Shown: positions 42,156 through 52,950, numbered from the stretch's first letter. The stretch is DNA of 64,000 nt from Candidatus Eiseniibacteriota bacterium (GCA_963776245.1 CAVZLN010000009.1:1-64000), one strand, 5' to 3'. The notes: generated by a model from the letters alone, not told the origin. Translations and numbers: made by a program.

Positions 42156-43591
42156 CGGAGCACCTCGCCCGCGATCTGGATCATCCGTGCCACGACCCGG
42201 GGCTGGTTGGCTGCGATGGTCGCGAGCGGCACCGGCCCGGAGTGGCTGATCATCCCGAGCGCGTATTGCCCGAGGAGCAGGAGATTCCAGCCCGTGAGCG
42301 CGAAGGCGGCGAGCGGGGCGAGCCACCACGCGCGGGACGCGCCCTTCCCCGCGCCGGGGACCCGCGCGTTCATCCCCTCGCGGCGCGCGAGCGCGCCCCG
42401 CGCGTCCTCGAGGAAGACCGCGAATCCGAGGATCAGCAGGGGCGTCCCGCTCACCAGCCGGCGCATGCCGAACGACGCGCCTCCCCACCAGTCGCGCACC
42501 GTGCAGTTGGCGATCACCAGCAGGGCCAGCGCGGCGAGGCTCACCGCGGCGAGTTCACGGTCGCGGCGGAACAGCAGGAACAGACCGGCCACCGCCGGGA
42601 TCGCCACCGGCGTCCAGACGAACAGACCGTGACGCGCCGAGAACAGCGTGCCCCACAGTCCCGCCGGGAAGAAGCCGACATAGTCGGCCGGATGACGCAC
42701 CCACGGCCGGCCGTGGAAGTACTGCCACACCGCCAGCTGGGGCGCAGCCACCAGCACGAGCCCGAGCGCCGCCGCCCCGCCGCACACCATCAGGCGCGAC
42801 AGGCGAGCGCCGCGGGATCGCGGGCCCCCGGCCGCGAGCACGCGACCCGCCGCCGCGGCGAACGCCGGGAGCGCGAGCACCACGTCGTTCCAGCGCACCA
42901 GGAACATCACCCCGGCGAGCGCGCCCCACCGGAACCACGCACCCGCGCCCTCGTCGTGGCGCGAGCGCCACCAGTAGAGGAAGAACGCCGAGACCGCGAA
43001 CACCGAGAGCGCGTGGCTGTAGCTCGGCGCGAAGTACAGGTAATAGAGCAGGGGCGATGCCCACGCCATCGCCAGCACCGACCACTGCGCTTCAGGGGCC
43101 GGCGTCACCCCGCAGGCCAGGCGGTAGGCGATCAGCAGCCCGAGGACCCCGAACGCGAGCGAGCTCGCCGCGATCGCGAGGTAGTAGAGGCCGCCATAGC
43201 CGTCCGCGCGGCGCGCGCCGCCCGCGGCCCGGGTCAGCCGCGTGATCCCGTGGGCGACCAGGTAGGCCGGGGCCCACGCCAGCGCGGGCCCGATGCTGTA
43301 GTTCGAGGGCACCCGCCCGGTGACCGGGTCGGGTGCCGGCCGCTGGTACGCGGGGTCGATGCCGGGACGGTGGGCGCCGCGGGACAGGAGCAGGCTCGGC
43401 AGCCCGGACGCGTCCGCCTCGATGCGGCTCGAGAGATGCGCGAACTCGTCCGCGAGCTCGAGGTCATGGTCGACCACCGCCGAGCGCAGGACGGCGACGT
43501 AACCGATGCCGTCGCCGTGGACCCAGCAGGTGAGGAAGAGCGGAGCGACCGACAGCAGGCAGAGGACGATGATCCACTCCCGTCGCCTCAC
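42152..43591 (-). CDS. Multi-TM GT-C-like membrane protein
   Basis: DGIGY, HGLFVWTP, WWGGASFGMRR; start uncertain. Confidence 0.75.
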   Translation of the reverse strand: MRRREWIIVLCLLSVAPLFLTCWVHGDGIGYVAVLRSAVVDHDLELADEFAHLSSRIEADASGLPSLLLSRGAHRPGIDPAYQRPAPDPVTGRVPSNYSIGPALAWAPAYLVAHGITRLTRAAGGARRADGYGGLYYLAIAASSLAFGVLGLLIAYRLACGVTPAPEAQWSVLAMAWASPLLYYLYFAPSYSHALSVFAVSAFFLYWWRSRHDEGAGAWFRWGALAGVMFLVRWNDVVLALPAFAAAAGRVLAAGGPRSRGARLSRLMVCGGAAALGLVLVAAPQLAVWQYFHGRPWVRHPADYVGFFPAGLWGTLFSARHGLFVWTPVAIPAVAGLFLLFRRDRELAAVSLAALALLVIANCTVRDWWGGASFGMRRLVSGTPLLILGFAVFLEDARGALARREGMNARVPGAGKGASRAWWLAPLAAFALTGWNLLLLGQYALGMISHSGPVPLATIAANQPRVVARMIQIAGEVLR

Positions 43592-43773
43592 GGCTCCGCT
43601 CGCCCTCAAGGGTCGGTCCTCACCGGGTTCAACGCTGGTTCCATGCCCGCGGGCTCCGGCGGCGGCGGCCGATGGCCGTCGCACGTGGGAGGCGAGACTC
43701 CATTCGCGCCATCCAGCCTAGCACCCCCGGCCACCTCGGCCCTACCGGGATTCCGTGCTAGCGTGCGCGGCCC

Positions 43774-44982
43774 ATGCCCCCCCGGCACGCCCACCCTGCG
43801 GTCTTCATGGTCCTCATCCTTCCCTTCGGGGTGATGAGCGGCTACCTCGTGGTCACGCTCGGTTACCTGCTCGCCCACGCCGGGGTCCCGGTGGAGCGCA
43901 TCGCCGCGCTCATCGCGCTCAGCTATCTCCCCCACACCTGGAAGTTCGCGTGGGCCCCGATCGCCGACACCACGCTGACGCGCAAGACCTGGTACCTGAT
44001 CGCGGGCACGCTGAGCGCGGCCGGGATCTGGGCCACCGGGCTGATCCCGAACACCCTCGCCGCCCTCCCGCTGCTCTCGATCGTGGTGCTGGTCTCGAAC
44101 TTCGCGGTGACCTTCCTCGGCATGTCGGTCGAGAGCCTGATGGCGTACGGCACGCTCGACCACGAGAAGGGCCGCGCCGGCGGGTGGTTCCAGGCCGGCA
44201 ACCTCGGCGGCCAGGGCATCGGCGGGGGCGCCGGCGTGTGGCTCGCCCAGCACCTCGCGGTGCCGGCGATGTCGGGCGCGGTGCTCGCGGCCGCCTGTCT
44301 GCTCTGCTGTGCCGCGCTGTTCCTGGTGGCCGAGCCGGCCGTCGCATTCCGCGAGCGCTCGCTCGGCCGCAGCCTGGTCGCGGTCGCGCGGGACCTGTGG
44401 GGCGTGGCGCGCTCGCGCGGCGGGCTCATCGCACTCGTGCTGTGCGTGCTCCCGATCGGCTCGGGCGCGGCGTCGAACCTGTGGTCGGCGGTCTCCAGCG
44501 ACTGGCAGGCCTCGGCGAACACGGTCGCGCTCGTGACCGGCGTGCTCGCGGGCGTGGTGTCCGCGGTCGGATGCATCGCCGGCGGCCTGATCTGCGACCG
44601 CATGCCCCGCCGGACCGCGTACGCGGTGTTCGGCGTGCTCCAGGCGCTCTGCGCGGTGGCGATGGCGCTCTCGCCCCGCACCGAGTCCACCTACATCGTG
44701 TACACCAGTCTCTACGCGTTCATCACCGGGCTGACCTACGCCGGGTTCTCGGCCTTCGTGCTCGAGGCGATGGGGCTCGGCGCCGCCGCCACCAAGTACA
44801 GCCTGTTCGCCTCGCTCTCCAACACCCCGATCTGGTTCATGACCGAGGTGGATGGGCGCGCGCACGCGCGCTGGGGCCCGTCGGGGATGCTGTACGCCGA
44901 GGCCGCGCTCGGCCTGGTCGGCGTGCTGGCCTTCATCGCGGTCGCGGCCGCGCTCCGCGGGCGCCCGCCGCGCGCCGCCTGA
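43774..44982 (+). CDS. MFS transporter (AmpG-like)
   Basis: WKFAWAPIAD, about 12 TMs, ATKYSLFASLSN. Confidence 0.85.
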   Translation: MPPRHAHPAVFMVLILPFGVMSGYLVVTLGYLLAHAGVPVERIAALIALSYLPHTWKFAWAPIADTTLTRKTWYLIAGTLSAAGIWATGLIPNTLAALPLLSIVVLVSNFAVTFLGMSVESLMAYGTLDHEKGRAGGWFQAGNLGGQGIGGGAGVWLAQHLAVPAMSGAVLAAACLLCCAALFLVAEPAVAFRERSLGRSLVAVARDLWGVARSRGGLIALVLCVLPIGSGAASNLWSAVSSDWQASANTVALVTGVLAGVVSAVGCIAGGLICDRMPRRTAYAVFGVLQALCAVAMALSPRTESTYIVYTSLYAFITGLTYAGFSAFVLEAMGLGAAATKYSLFASLSNTPIWFMTEVDGRAHARWGPSGMLYAEAALGLVGVLAFIAVAAALRGRPPRAA

Positions 44983-45140
44983 TCCCGCGGCGCGTCCCGC
45001 CGGTCCCCCGGGCGATTGGCCCGGATCGCGCGCCTTTGGCATACTGCGCCCGGACCGTAGCGTCACGAGCGGACCACCGTCGCCGCTACCCCCACACGAG
45101 ACGATCGCCGCTCCCACGCCCATCGTGAGGAGGCCGGATC

Positions 45141-46271
45141 GTGATCATCGGAGTGCCTCGTGAGACCGAGCGCCTGGAGCACCGCGTCGGCCTGACTCCC
45201 GCCGCCGTCGCCCGCCTCGTCCCGCTCGGACACGCCGTGCGGGTCGAGCGCAACGCCGGAGCGGACGCGCATTTCTCGGACCTCGACTACCAGCAGGCCG
45301 GCGCCGAGGTGGTGTACACCCCCGAGGAGGTCTACCGGCGGAGCGATCTGGTCTGCAAGGTCGGCATGCTCCCGCCCGGCGCGCTCGACCTGCTCAACCC
45401 GGGATCCCAGATCTGCGCCTTCCATCATCTCGCGGTCGCGCCGCGCGCCTCGGTGGACCGGCTGATGGCCCTCGAGGCCACGCTGATCGGGTACGAGATC
45501 ATCGCCGACGAATCCGGCGTGCGCCCGGTCCTGCTGCCGATGAGCGACCTCGCCGGGCAGATGGCCATCCACGAGGCCGCCCACCGCCTGCAGATCCAGT
45601 CCGGCGGCCGCGGCATCCTGCTCGGGAACACCCCCGGGGTGCCGGCCGCCACGGTGCTCATCCTCGGCGCCGGCGAGGTCGGCACGGTCGCGGCCCGTCA
45701 CGCCACCGCGATCGGCGCCCACGTCATCGTGATGGACGGCGACGCCGCGAAGCTCCAGCGGCTGTTCCGTGCCATGGGCGGCCGCGTCCAGACCTCGCTC
45801 ATGGATCCGGCCCAGCTCGCGCGCTACGTCATGATCGCCGACGTGCTCATCGGCGCCGTGCTCATCCCCGGCGGCCGCGCCCCGTTCCTGGTGACCGAGG
45901 CGATGGTGAAGACGATGAAGCCCGGCAGCGTGATCGTGGACGTCTCCATCGACCAGGGCGGGTGCGTCGAGACCAGCCGCCCGACCACGCTCGACCATCC
46001 CACGTTCCGCGTGCACGACGTGGTCCACCACTGCGTCCCGAACATGACCTCCGACATCGCGCGCACCGCGTCGCGCGTGCTGGCGGACGCCGCCATGCCC
46101 TACATCACCCGCATCGCCGGGAGCGGGCTCGACCGCGCGCTGCTCGACGATCCGGGCCTGGCGGAAGGCGTCTACATGTATCGCGGCCAGCTCGTGCACG
46201 AGGCCGTGGCCGGGCTGGTGGGCGTGCCGCGCGCGCGCCTCGACGGGCTGCTCGCGCGCGGGGGGCGCTGA
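45141..46271 (+). CDS. ald: Alanine dehydrogenase
   Basis: IIGVPRE, EHRVGLTP, GAGEVG, DVSIDQGGCVETS, CVPNM. Confidence 0.92.
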   Translation: MIIGVPRETERLEHRVGLTPAAVARLVPLGHAVRVERNAGADAHFSDLDYQQAGAEVVYTPEEVYRRSDLVCKVGMLPPGALDLLNPGSQICAFHHLAVAPRASVDRLMALEATLIGYEIIADESGVRPVLLPMSDLAGQMAIHEAAHRLQIQSGGRGILLGNTPGVPAATVLILGAGEVGTVAARHATAIGAHVIVMDGDAAKLQRLFRAMGGRVQTSLMDPAQLARYVMIADVLIGAVLIPGGRAPFLVTEAMVKTMKPGSVIVDVSIDQGGCVETSRPTTLDHPTFRVHDVVHHCVPNMTSDIARTASRVLADAAMPYITRIAGSGLDRALLDDPGLAEGVYMYRGQLVHEAVAGLVGVPRARLDGLLARGGR

Positions 46272-47569
46272 TGTCCTGGCTCGACGACTACCGCTCCCGC
46301 GTGTGCTCGGCCGACGCGGCGGTGTCCCGCATCCAGAGCGGCGACCGGGTGTACTACAGCGGCAACGCGGCGATCCCCCGGGCGCTGGTCGCCGCGCTCG
46401 CGCGCCGCGCCCCGGCCCTGCACGACGTCCGGCTGACCCACGTGCTCCTGCTCGGCGAGGATCCGCTCTCGGCCCCGGGGATGGAGCGGCATTTCCGCCA
46501 CCACTCGCTGTTCGTCGGCCCCGCCGACCGCCGCGCGGTGAACGAAGGGCGGGCCGACTACGTGCCCATCTTCCTGCACCAGATCCCGCGGCTGTTCGCG
46601 GAGGGCATCTTCCCGCTCGACGTCGCGATGGTGACGGTCTCTCCGCCCGACGCCCACGGCTTCATGAGCCACGGCGTCGAGGTGCTCGCCTCGAAGGCCG
46701 CCTGCCGCCACGCGCGGCTGGTGATCGCCCAGGTCAACGAACGGATGCCGCGCGTGCTCGGAGACTCGTTCCTGCACGTCAGCCGGTGCGCCGCGATCGT
46801 GGAGCACACCGAGGAGCTGCCGACGCTCGGGGGCCGGGAGCTCACCGAGGTGGAGCGGGCCATCGGGCGTAACATCATCGGACTGATCGAGGATGGCGCC
46901 ACCATGCAGATGGGCATCGGCGGGATCCCCGACGCGGTGTACGAGTCGCTCGACGGGCTCAACGACCTCGGCATCCACACCGAGATGCTCTCCGACGGGG
47001 CGATGCGCGCCATCGAGCGCGGGATCATCACCGGCAACGCCAAGAACCTGCACCCCGGCAAAGCCGTGATCACCTTCGCGCTCGGCAGTGACGCGCTCTA
47101 CCGCTACCTCGACAACAACCCGATGATCGAGGCCCACCCGGCGGAGTACGTGAACGACCCGCGGGTGGCGAGCCAGAACGACCGGCTGGTGGCGGTGAAC
47201 TCGGCGATCGAGATCGACCTGACCGGCCAGGTGTGCTCGGACTCCATCGGCACGCTGATCTACTCGGGCTTCGGCGGACAGGTCGACTTCATCCGCGCCG
47301 CCGCCTGGTCGAAGGGCGGCAAGCCCATCATCGCGCTCCCGGCGACGGCGAGGGACGGCACCGAATCGCGCATCACGCCCATGCTCAAGCCCGGCGCCGG
47401 CGTGGTGACCAGCCGCGCCGACGTGCACTGGGTGGTGACCGAGCACGGCGTCGTCAACCTGTTCGGCAAGAACCTGCGCGAACGGGCGGAGGCGCTGATC
47501 CGCATCGCGGACCCGGCGTTCCGGGCCCGGCTCGAGACCGCCGCGAGGGAGCGCAAACTGCTGCCGTGA
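46271..47569 (+). CDS. Acetyl-CoA hydrolase / 4-hydroxybutyrate CoA-transferase family
   Basis: QMGIGGIP, GIHTEM, SGFGGQVDF, VVTEHG. Confidence 0.92.
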   Translation: MSWLDDYRSRVCSADAAVSRIQSGDRVYYSGNAAIPRALVAALARRAPALHDVRLTHVLLLGEDPLSAPGMERHFRHHSLFVGPADRRAVNEGRADYVPIFLHQIPRLFAEGIFPLDVAMVTVSPPDAHGFMSHGVEVLASKAACRHARLVIAQVNERMPRVLGDSFLHVSRCAAIVEHTEELPTLGGRELTEVERAIGRNIIGLIEDGATMQMGIGGIPDAVYESLDGLNDLGIHTEMLSDGAMRAIERGIITGNAKNLHPGKAVITFALGSDALYRYLDNNPMIEAHPAEYVNDPRVASQNDRLVAVNSAIEIDLTGQVCSDSIGTLIYSGFGGQVDFIRAAAWSKGGKPIIALPATARDGTESRITPMLKPGAGVVTSRADVHWVVTEHGVVNLFGKNLRERAEALIRIADPAFRARLETAARERKLLP

Positions 47570-47716
47570 GCCGGCGCCGCGGCGCGGCCGGACCCCGAGC
47601 GCCCCATCGGACGTGCCCGGGCTCGGCTCGCCGCACCGGGCGCCCCCGATGCGCCCTCCAGACCGGCGGTCATCCGACCGATAACGCCTCCGAACCCGAA
47701 CCGCGGAGGAACCCGG

Positions 47717-48097
47717 ATGGACCCCATCGTGCTGTGGATCGCCGTCGCCACGATCCTCGCCAGCCTCGTGATGCTCTCCCGCTTCTCGCGCGTGAACGTG
47801 CGCGTGAGCTCGGACTTCTCGTTCCACGACCTGCACGCGACTTCGATGGAGGCGCACCAGCGCATCGGCGAGTATCTGCGCGCCAACTTCAGCGGCGATC
47901 CGGCGGCGCTCGCGACCACGCTGCGCGGATTGCTGCCGGCGGTGCGCGAGATCGCCGCGCGCCACGGACAGAAGCTCGATGACGACCTGGTGCGGATCGT
48001 GATCGCCAGTTCGATCACCGCGCACCACCTCGCCTCGCGCGCCCAGGCCGAGGCCGCGATCGCGGAGGCGCTGCGGCTCGAGCGCGGCGCGGCCTAG
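47717..48097 (+). CDS. Hypothetical membrane-anchored protein
   Basis: GGAGG RBS, N-terminal TM helix. Confidence 0.65.
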   Translation: MDPIVLWIAVATILASLVMLSRFSRVNVRVSSDFSFHDLHATSMEAHQRIGEYLRANFSGDPAALATTLRGLLPAVREIAARHGQKLDDDLVRIVIASSITAHHLASRAQAEAAIAEALRLERGAA

Positions 48098-48663
48098 CGG
48101 GTCGACTCCCGCATCACCTCGGCCACCAGCGACTCGAAACGGCGCTCGTCCCACGGGCCCTGTCCCCGCCAGCGCACCACCCCCCGACGGTCCAGCAGCA
48201 CCAGGTACGGGTCGTCGCGAGCGGCGGCGGAGTACCCCAGCCGCGCCTTCCACGACTTGGTGTCCCCGTACACCACCATCACGTTCCCGTGCAGCTCGCG
48301 CGGCGTGCCCTTGCGCATCCCACCCTCGATGAACGGCCCTCCCATGCGCCCCATCCGGCCGATCATCGGCACCTCGAACAGCGTCGCCGAGGTGTCGGAC
48401 GCGAAGCGCGCGCGATAGCGTCCGGCCCACTCCTCGACGGCGTGGCGCGAGGCATGGGAGAAGCCGAGGATCACCAGCGTCACCCGGCCACGTGCGGCAT
48501 CCGGCAGCGCGTCGTCGTGCCCGGTGAGCAGGCGGCCTCCGAGTCGTGGCATGAGGTCGCCGGTCGCCAGCGGCGGCGGCTTCGCGGCGGCATGCGCGGA
48601 CGGCACGGCCAGCACGGCCAGGGCGACGAGGAGGGCGAGACCGATGGTGGGGTGGCGGAGCAT
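48094..48663 (-). CDS. Exported thioredoxin-fold protein (ATP10/YtfJ-like)
   Basis: Signal peptide, TLVILGFS, FIEGGMRKG, YLVLLDRRGVVRW. Confidence 0.65.
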   Translation of the reverse strand: MLRHPTIGLALLVALAVLAVPSAHAAAKPPPLATGDLMPRLGGRLLTGHDDALPDAARGRVTLVILGFSHASRHAVEEWAGRYRARFASDTSATLFEVPMIGRMGRMGGPFIEGGMRKGTPRELHGNVMVVYGDTKSWKARLGYSAAARDDPYLVLLDRRGVVRWRGQGPWDERRFESLVAEVMRESTR

Positions 48664-48780
48664 GCGGGATCTCCCGGGTGGGATCGCGAGGCCCCGACCG
48701 TCGCCGATCGGGCCCGGATCGTCAATCGCCACGGCGATCGCCCCTCGAACCGCGCCGCCGCGGCAGACATCTGAAACAGC

Positions 48781-49878
48781 ATGACCCTGCCCCCGCGGCT
48801 GCTGGCGCTCGGCACCGCGCTCCCGGAACACGTCGTCCGGCAGGACGACGTGCAGCGGTTCGCCTCAACGCTGTTCGCGAACCTCCTGCAGGGCGACGGA
48901 CGGCGGTTGCTCGCGGTGTTCGAGAACGCCGGGGTCGAGACCCGTCACTTCTGCCTGCCGCTCGAGTGGTTCGCCACCCCGCGGACCTTCGGCGAGACCA
49001 ATGCGCTCTACGTCGAACACGCGCTCGCGCTCGGCGAGCAGGCCGCGCTGGTGGCGCTCGAGCGCGCGGACCTCGCACCGTCCGACGTGGACCACATCAT
49101 CTTCGTCTCGTCGACCGGCATCGCCACCCCGAGCCTCGACGCCCGGCTGGCGGGCCGGCTGCGCTGTCGCGGGGACGTGCGCCGCACGCCGCTGTGGGGA
49201 CTGGGGTGCGCGGGAGGCGCCGCGGGCCTCGCGCGCGCCCGCGACTTCGCGCTCGCCGACCCGCGGGCGCGCGTGCTCCTGGTGGCGGTGGAACTGTGCA
49301 GCCCGACCTTCCAGCGCGACGACCTCACGCGCCAGAACCTGGTGGCCGCGTCGCTGTTCGCCGACGGCGCCGCCGCCGCGCTGGTGGCGGGAGCCGAAGC
49401 GGCCGCTCCGGAGGCCCCCGCCGACGGGCGCGCGGCGCTCGCGCTGCTCGACGCGCGCAGCACGCTGTGGCCCGACACCCTCGATATCATGGGCTGGGAG
49501 GTGGATCAGACCGGCCTGCACGTCGTGTTCTCCCGCGACATACCGACCGTGGTGCGTGAGTGGGTGCGCCCGGCCCTGGAGGCATTCCTCACCGACCACG
49601 GGCTCGGACTGGCCACGTTGCCCCACGTGGTCGCGCACCCGGGCGGGCCCAAGGTGCTGGCGGCGTACGCCGAGGCGATCGGCCGCGATCCGCAGGTCTT
49701 CGTCCATGCGCGCGAGGTCCTTCGCCGCTGCGGGAACATGTCGTCGCCCACCTGCCTGTTCGTGCTCGAGCGCCTGCTCGAGGCGAACGGGATACGGCCC
49801 GGCGAGCACGCGCTGCTGGCGGCGCTCGGTCCCGGCTTCGCGTCCGAGATGGTGCTGATGCGGGCGCCGCGCGCGTGA
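48781..49878 (+). CDS. Type III polyketide synthase (BpsA/SrsA-like)
   Basis: Cys-His-Asn triad: GLGCAGG, HPGG, GNMSS; LGPGF. Confidence 0.93.
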   Translation: MTLPPRLLALGTALPEHVVRQDDVQRFASTLFANLLQGDGRRLLAVFENAGVETRHFCLPLEWFATPRTFGETNALYVEHALALGEQAALVALERADLAPSDVDHIIFVSSTGIATPSLDARLAGRLRCRGDVRRTPLWGLGCAGGAAGLARARDFALADPRARVLLVAVELCSPTFQRDDLTRQNLVAASLFADGAAAALVAGAEAAAPEAPADGRAALALLDARSTLWPDTLDIMGWEVDQTGLHVVFSRDIPTVVREWVRPALEAFLTDHGLGLATLPHVVAHPGGPKVLAAYAEAIGRDPQVFVHAREVLRRCGNMSSPTCLFVLERLLEANGIRPGEHALLAALGPGFASEMVLMRAPRA

Positions 49879-50417
49879 CGTCCGCCGCCGGGGCCCCCGC
49901 GCTGGCGCTCGCCGCGTTCCTGGTGTTCCTCGTCGCACAGCGCGTGCTCGAACTGCGGCTCTCGGCGCGCCACGCGCGGGGCCTCGCGAGCCTCGGCGGG
50001 GTGGAGCACGGCGCGCGTCATCTTCCCCTGTTCGTGGTCCTGCACGTCGCGTGGCCGCTCGCGCTGATCGCCGAGGTGGCGTGGCTCGGCGCCCGCCCGC
50101 CGCACGCGTGGACCGCGTGGCTCGGGGTCTTCCTCGCCGCCCAGGGCCTGCGCGCGTGGTCCATCCGCACGCTCGGGGAGCGCTGGACGGTGCGCATCTG
50201 GGTGGTGCCCGGTGCGGCGCCGGTGACCCGGGGGCCCTATCGCTGGCTGCGGCATCCCAACTACGTCGCGGTCACGCTCGAGTTGCTCGCCGCGCCGCTG
50301 ATGTTCGGCGCCTGGCGCACCGCGGTCGCCGCCACGCTCGCGAACGCCGTGGCACTCGCGATCCGCATCCCGGCGGAAGAGCGGGCGCTCGGGCGCCAGC
50401 GGCGCGGGCGCGGCTGA
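49875..50417 (+). CDS. Isoprenylcysteine carboxyl methyltransferase family (BpsB/SrsB-like)
   Basis: GPYRWLRHPNY, RIPAEERAL; GTGA overlap with the PKS. Confidence 0.9.
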   Translation: MTSAAGAPALALAAFLVFLVAQRVLELRLSARHARGLASLGGVEHGARHLPLFVVLHVAWPLALIAEVAWLGARPPHAWTAWLGVFLAAQGLRAWSIRTLGERWTVRIWVVPGAAPVTRGPYRWLRHPNYVAVTLELLAAPLMFGAWRTAVAATLANAVALAIRIPAEERALGRQRRGRG

Positions 50418-50433
50418 CGGGCGCGGGCCCGGT

Positions 50434-52725
50434 TCAGGCGGTGGCGACCACCTGCGGCACCGCGTGGCCGGCGGCCCTCGCGGGCTGGGACTCGAGCGCG
50501 CGCAGCACCACCAGCGTGATGTCGTCCTGGGGCTCGCGACCGGCGAGGAAATCGCGGTGTCCATCCAGCAGGCGCTCGCCGAACGACTGCGCGCTCAGCT
50601 CGCGCGGCAGGGACTCCGCCAGCGCCATCAGGCGCTCCTCGCCGAACTCCTCCCCTCCGGCATCGCGCGCCTCGGTGATCCCGTCGGTGTAGAGCAGCAC
50701 GACGTCACCCGGAGTGAGTTCCACGCGGTCGGTCTCGAACGCGCCGTGCTCGAAGATCCCGAGCGGGGTGCCGCCGCGCACCAGGAACTCGCGGCCGCCG
50801 CCGCGCCGCAACACCACCGGCCAGTTGTGACCCGCGTTGGAGAACGTGATCTCCAGCCGCGCCCCGTCCACCCGCGCGAGGAAGAAGGTGGCGAACTGGT
50901 TGAGGTCGGTGCTGTGGTAGAGCAGCGCGCTCATGTTGCGCAGGATGTCGTCGAGCCGGGGCACGCTCGCGGCCTGGGTGCGCAACGACGCCTGCAGCAT
51001 CGCCGAGAGCAGCGCCGCGGGCACTCCTTTGCCCGACACGTCGGCGATCGCCACCAGATGGGAGCCGCCATCGGTGGCCACCACGTCGTAGAAGTCCCCG
51101 CCCACCTCCTTCGACGGGATGTAGAACGCGTGCACCTCGCAGCGCGGCAACCGCGGGAACTCCGACAGCAGCGAGGCGCGCTGGATGCGCCGCGCCAGCG
51201 CCAGTTCCTGTTCCACGCGCGCCAGCGCCACCCGCTCGCGCAGCAGCAGCGCGTTCTGGAGCGACACCGACACCTGGGCGGCGAGGGTGGTGAGCAGGGT
51301 CACGTCCTCGGCGGTGTAGTCGGTGCCCACCAGCTTGGGCCCGAGCAGGATCGCGCCCACCAGGTCGTCACGCCAGCGCAGCGGCACCAGCAGCGCCACG
51401 CCCGGCAGCCGTGACAGCGTCCGGCACTCGCTGTCGTCGAGGCCCGCGATGCCCTCCGCGCAGCGCGCGCTGGTGACGTCCGCGCTCACCTTCGGCAGCA
51501 ACTGGCGCAGCAGGGCGACCGCCTCGGGGCTCAGGTCCCCGCCCCCGCCGGTGCGCGAGATCGCGCCGTCCTCGGTGAACGCCACGATCCACGCGCCGCG
51601 CGGCAGGAGCGCCGCCGCCAGCGTGCGGATGGTGCGGCCCAGCAGGTCCTCCAGGTCGATGGTGGTCTGCAGGTCGCGCCCGAGTGCGCGCAGCACGTTG
51701 CGATAGTCGTTCGGGTCGCGCATCAGCATGCGGTCGAGCCATTGCTCGAGCCGCGCGATGACCGGCTGGTAGAGCGCCAGCGCCAGCACCAGGAACACCG
51801 GCCCGAGCACCCGCGCGTCGAGCCCCGTGAGCCCGGGTAGCGCGCGGTTGAGCCGCTCGACCAGCAGCAGGTAGAGGCCGACCAGCGCCGCCGACACCAG
51901 CGCGTAGAGGATGCCCCGGCGCGCGATCAGGCGCGCGTCGAGGAACTTGTGGCGCACCACCGCGTACGCGATGGCGCCCGGGCCGAGCGTGAGCGCGGTG
52001 AGCGTGAGCGCGGCCTGCAGGCTCCCCGACAGGCGCAGGTTGAACAGCGTCGGCACCGAGGTGGCCGCCGAATAGAACGCCAGGCACGCCGAGAGACCCA
52101 CCGCAATGACGCGCAGTTGCTGCCTCAGCCGTGGCACGCGCGCGTGCCGGTAGGCGTCGAACAACAGCACCATGGTGGCGAGCCCGAAACCGAGGTTCAC
52201 GAGCGAGAACAGCGCGCGGTGCACGAGCAGGAACAGCTCCACCACCAGCCCGCCGACGCGCACCAGCGTGGCCAGCACCTGGGTCGCGCCGTGACCATCG
52301 AACTTCAGGTCCGGGCGCCACAGGCTCAGCACCAGCGCGAGCGCGAAGTGCACCGCGTGGGGGGCGAACACCAGGGTCTCGAAGCCCGGCAGGCCGAAGC
52401 CCCAGCGGCGCTCCTGCAATCCACGGATGAAGCGGCGGTCCTCGGGGAAGATGCACGCGAACAGGAAGAGCGTGGGGAAGAAGAACTCCCACACGTACGA
52501 CATGCTCTGGAGCAGCGGTGCGGTGGCCACCGCGCCCTTCGCGCTCTGCGCCGCCATGAACGAGAGCGCCGCCAGCACCGCGCCGAATCCGCCGAAGAAC
52601 AGCATCAGCGCGACCACGCGGTTGAGGCGCTGGCCCGGGTTCTCGCGCAGGATCACGAACCCGAGCAGGAACACCAGTCCGCCCAGCGAGAGGTTCAGCG
52701 TTGAGAGCAGGAGGAAGGAGTTCAT
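50434..52725 (-). CDS. Membrane sensor with GAF and SpoIIE/PP2C phosphatase domains (RsbU-like)
   Basis: Multi-TM N-terminus, GAF, VGGDFYD, IADVSGKG, NAGH, YTDGITEA, QDDIT. Confidence 0.9.
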   Translation of the reverse strand: MNSFLLLSTLNLSLGGLVFLLGFVILRENPGQRLNRVVALMLFFGGFGAVLAALSFMAAQSAKGAVATAPLLQSMSYVWEFFFPTLFLFACIFPEDRRFIRGLQERRWGFGLPGFETLVFAPHAVHFALALVLSLWRPDLKFDGHGATQVLATLVRVGGLVVELFLLVHRALFSLVNLGFGLATMVLLFDAYRHARVPRLRQQLRVIAVGLSACLAFYSAATSVPTLFNLRLSGSLQAALTLTALTLGPGAIAYAVVRHKFLDARLIARRGILYALVSAALVGLYLLLVERLNRALPGLTGLDARVLGPVFLVLALALYQPVIARLEQWLDRMLMRDPNDYRNVLRALGRDLQTTIDLEDLLGRTIRTLAAALLPRGAWIVAFTEDGAISRTGGGGDLSPEAVALLRQLLPKVSADVTSARCAEGIAGLDDSECRTLSRLPGVALLVPLRWRDDLVGAILLGPKLVGTDYTAEDVTLLTTLAAQVSVSLQNALLLRERVALARVEQELALARRIQRASLLSEFPRLPRCEVHAFYIPSKEVGGDFYDVVATDGGSHLVAIADVSGKGVPAALLSAMLQASLRTQAASVPRLDDILRNMSALLYHSTDLNQFATFFLARVDGARLEITFSNAGHNWPVVLRRGGGREFLVRGGTPLGIFEHGAFETDRVELTPGDVVLLYTDGITEARDAGGEEFGEERLMALAESLPRELSAQSFGERLLDGHRDFLAGREPQDDITLVVLRALESQPARAAGHAVPQVVATA

Positions 52726-52950
52726 CGCCTCATGGGGCGGACCTCGCCCGGGGGGTCAGCGGGACGGCACGCGCGGAGTCTTCCATGCCCCGCGTCCGCC
52801 GTCCAGCCCGTACGCCGGTGGGACGTCCGTCCGGCGCCCATCGTTGCGCGCACCGGACCAGCGCGGGCAGCGCCACGACCAGCGGGTCGAGCGCCGCCCG
52901 CGCCGGAGCGGCCCCCCCACCGGTGTCCCGGCGGACGCCGCGCGAGGGCC

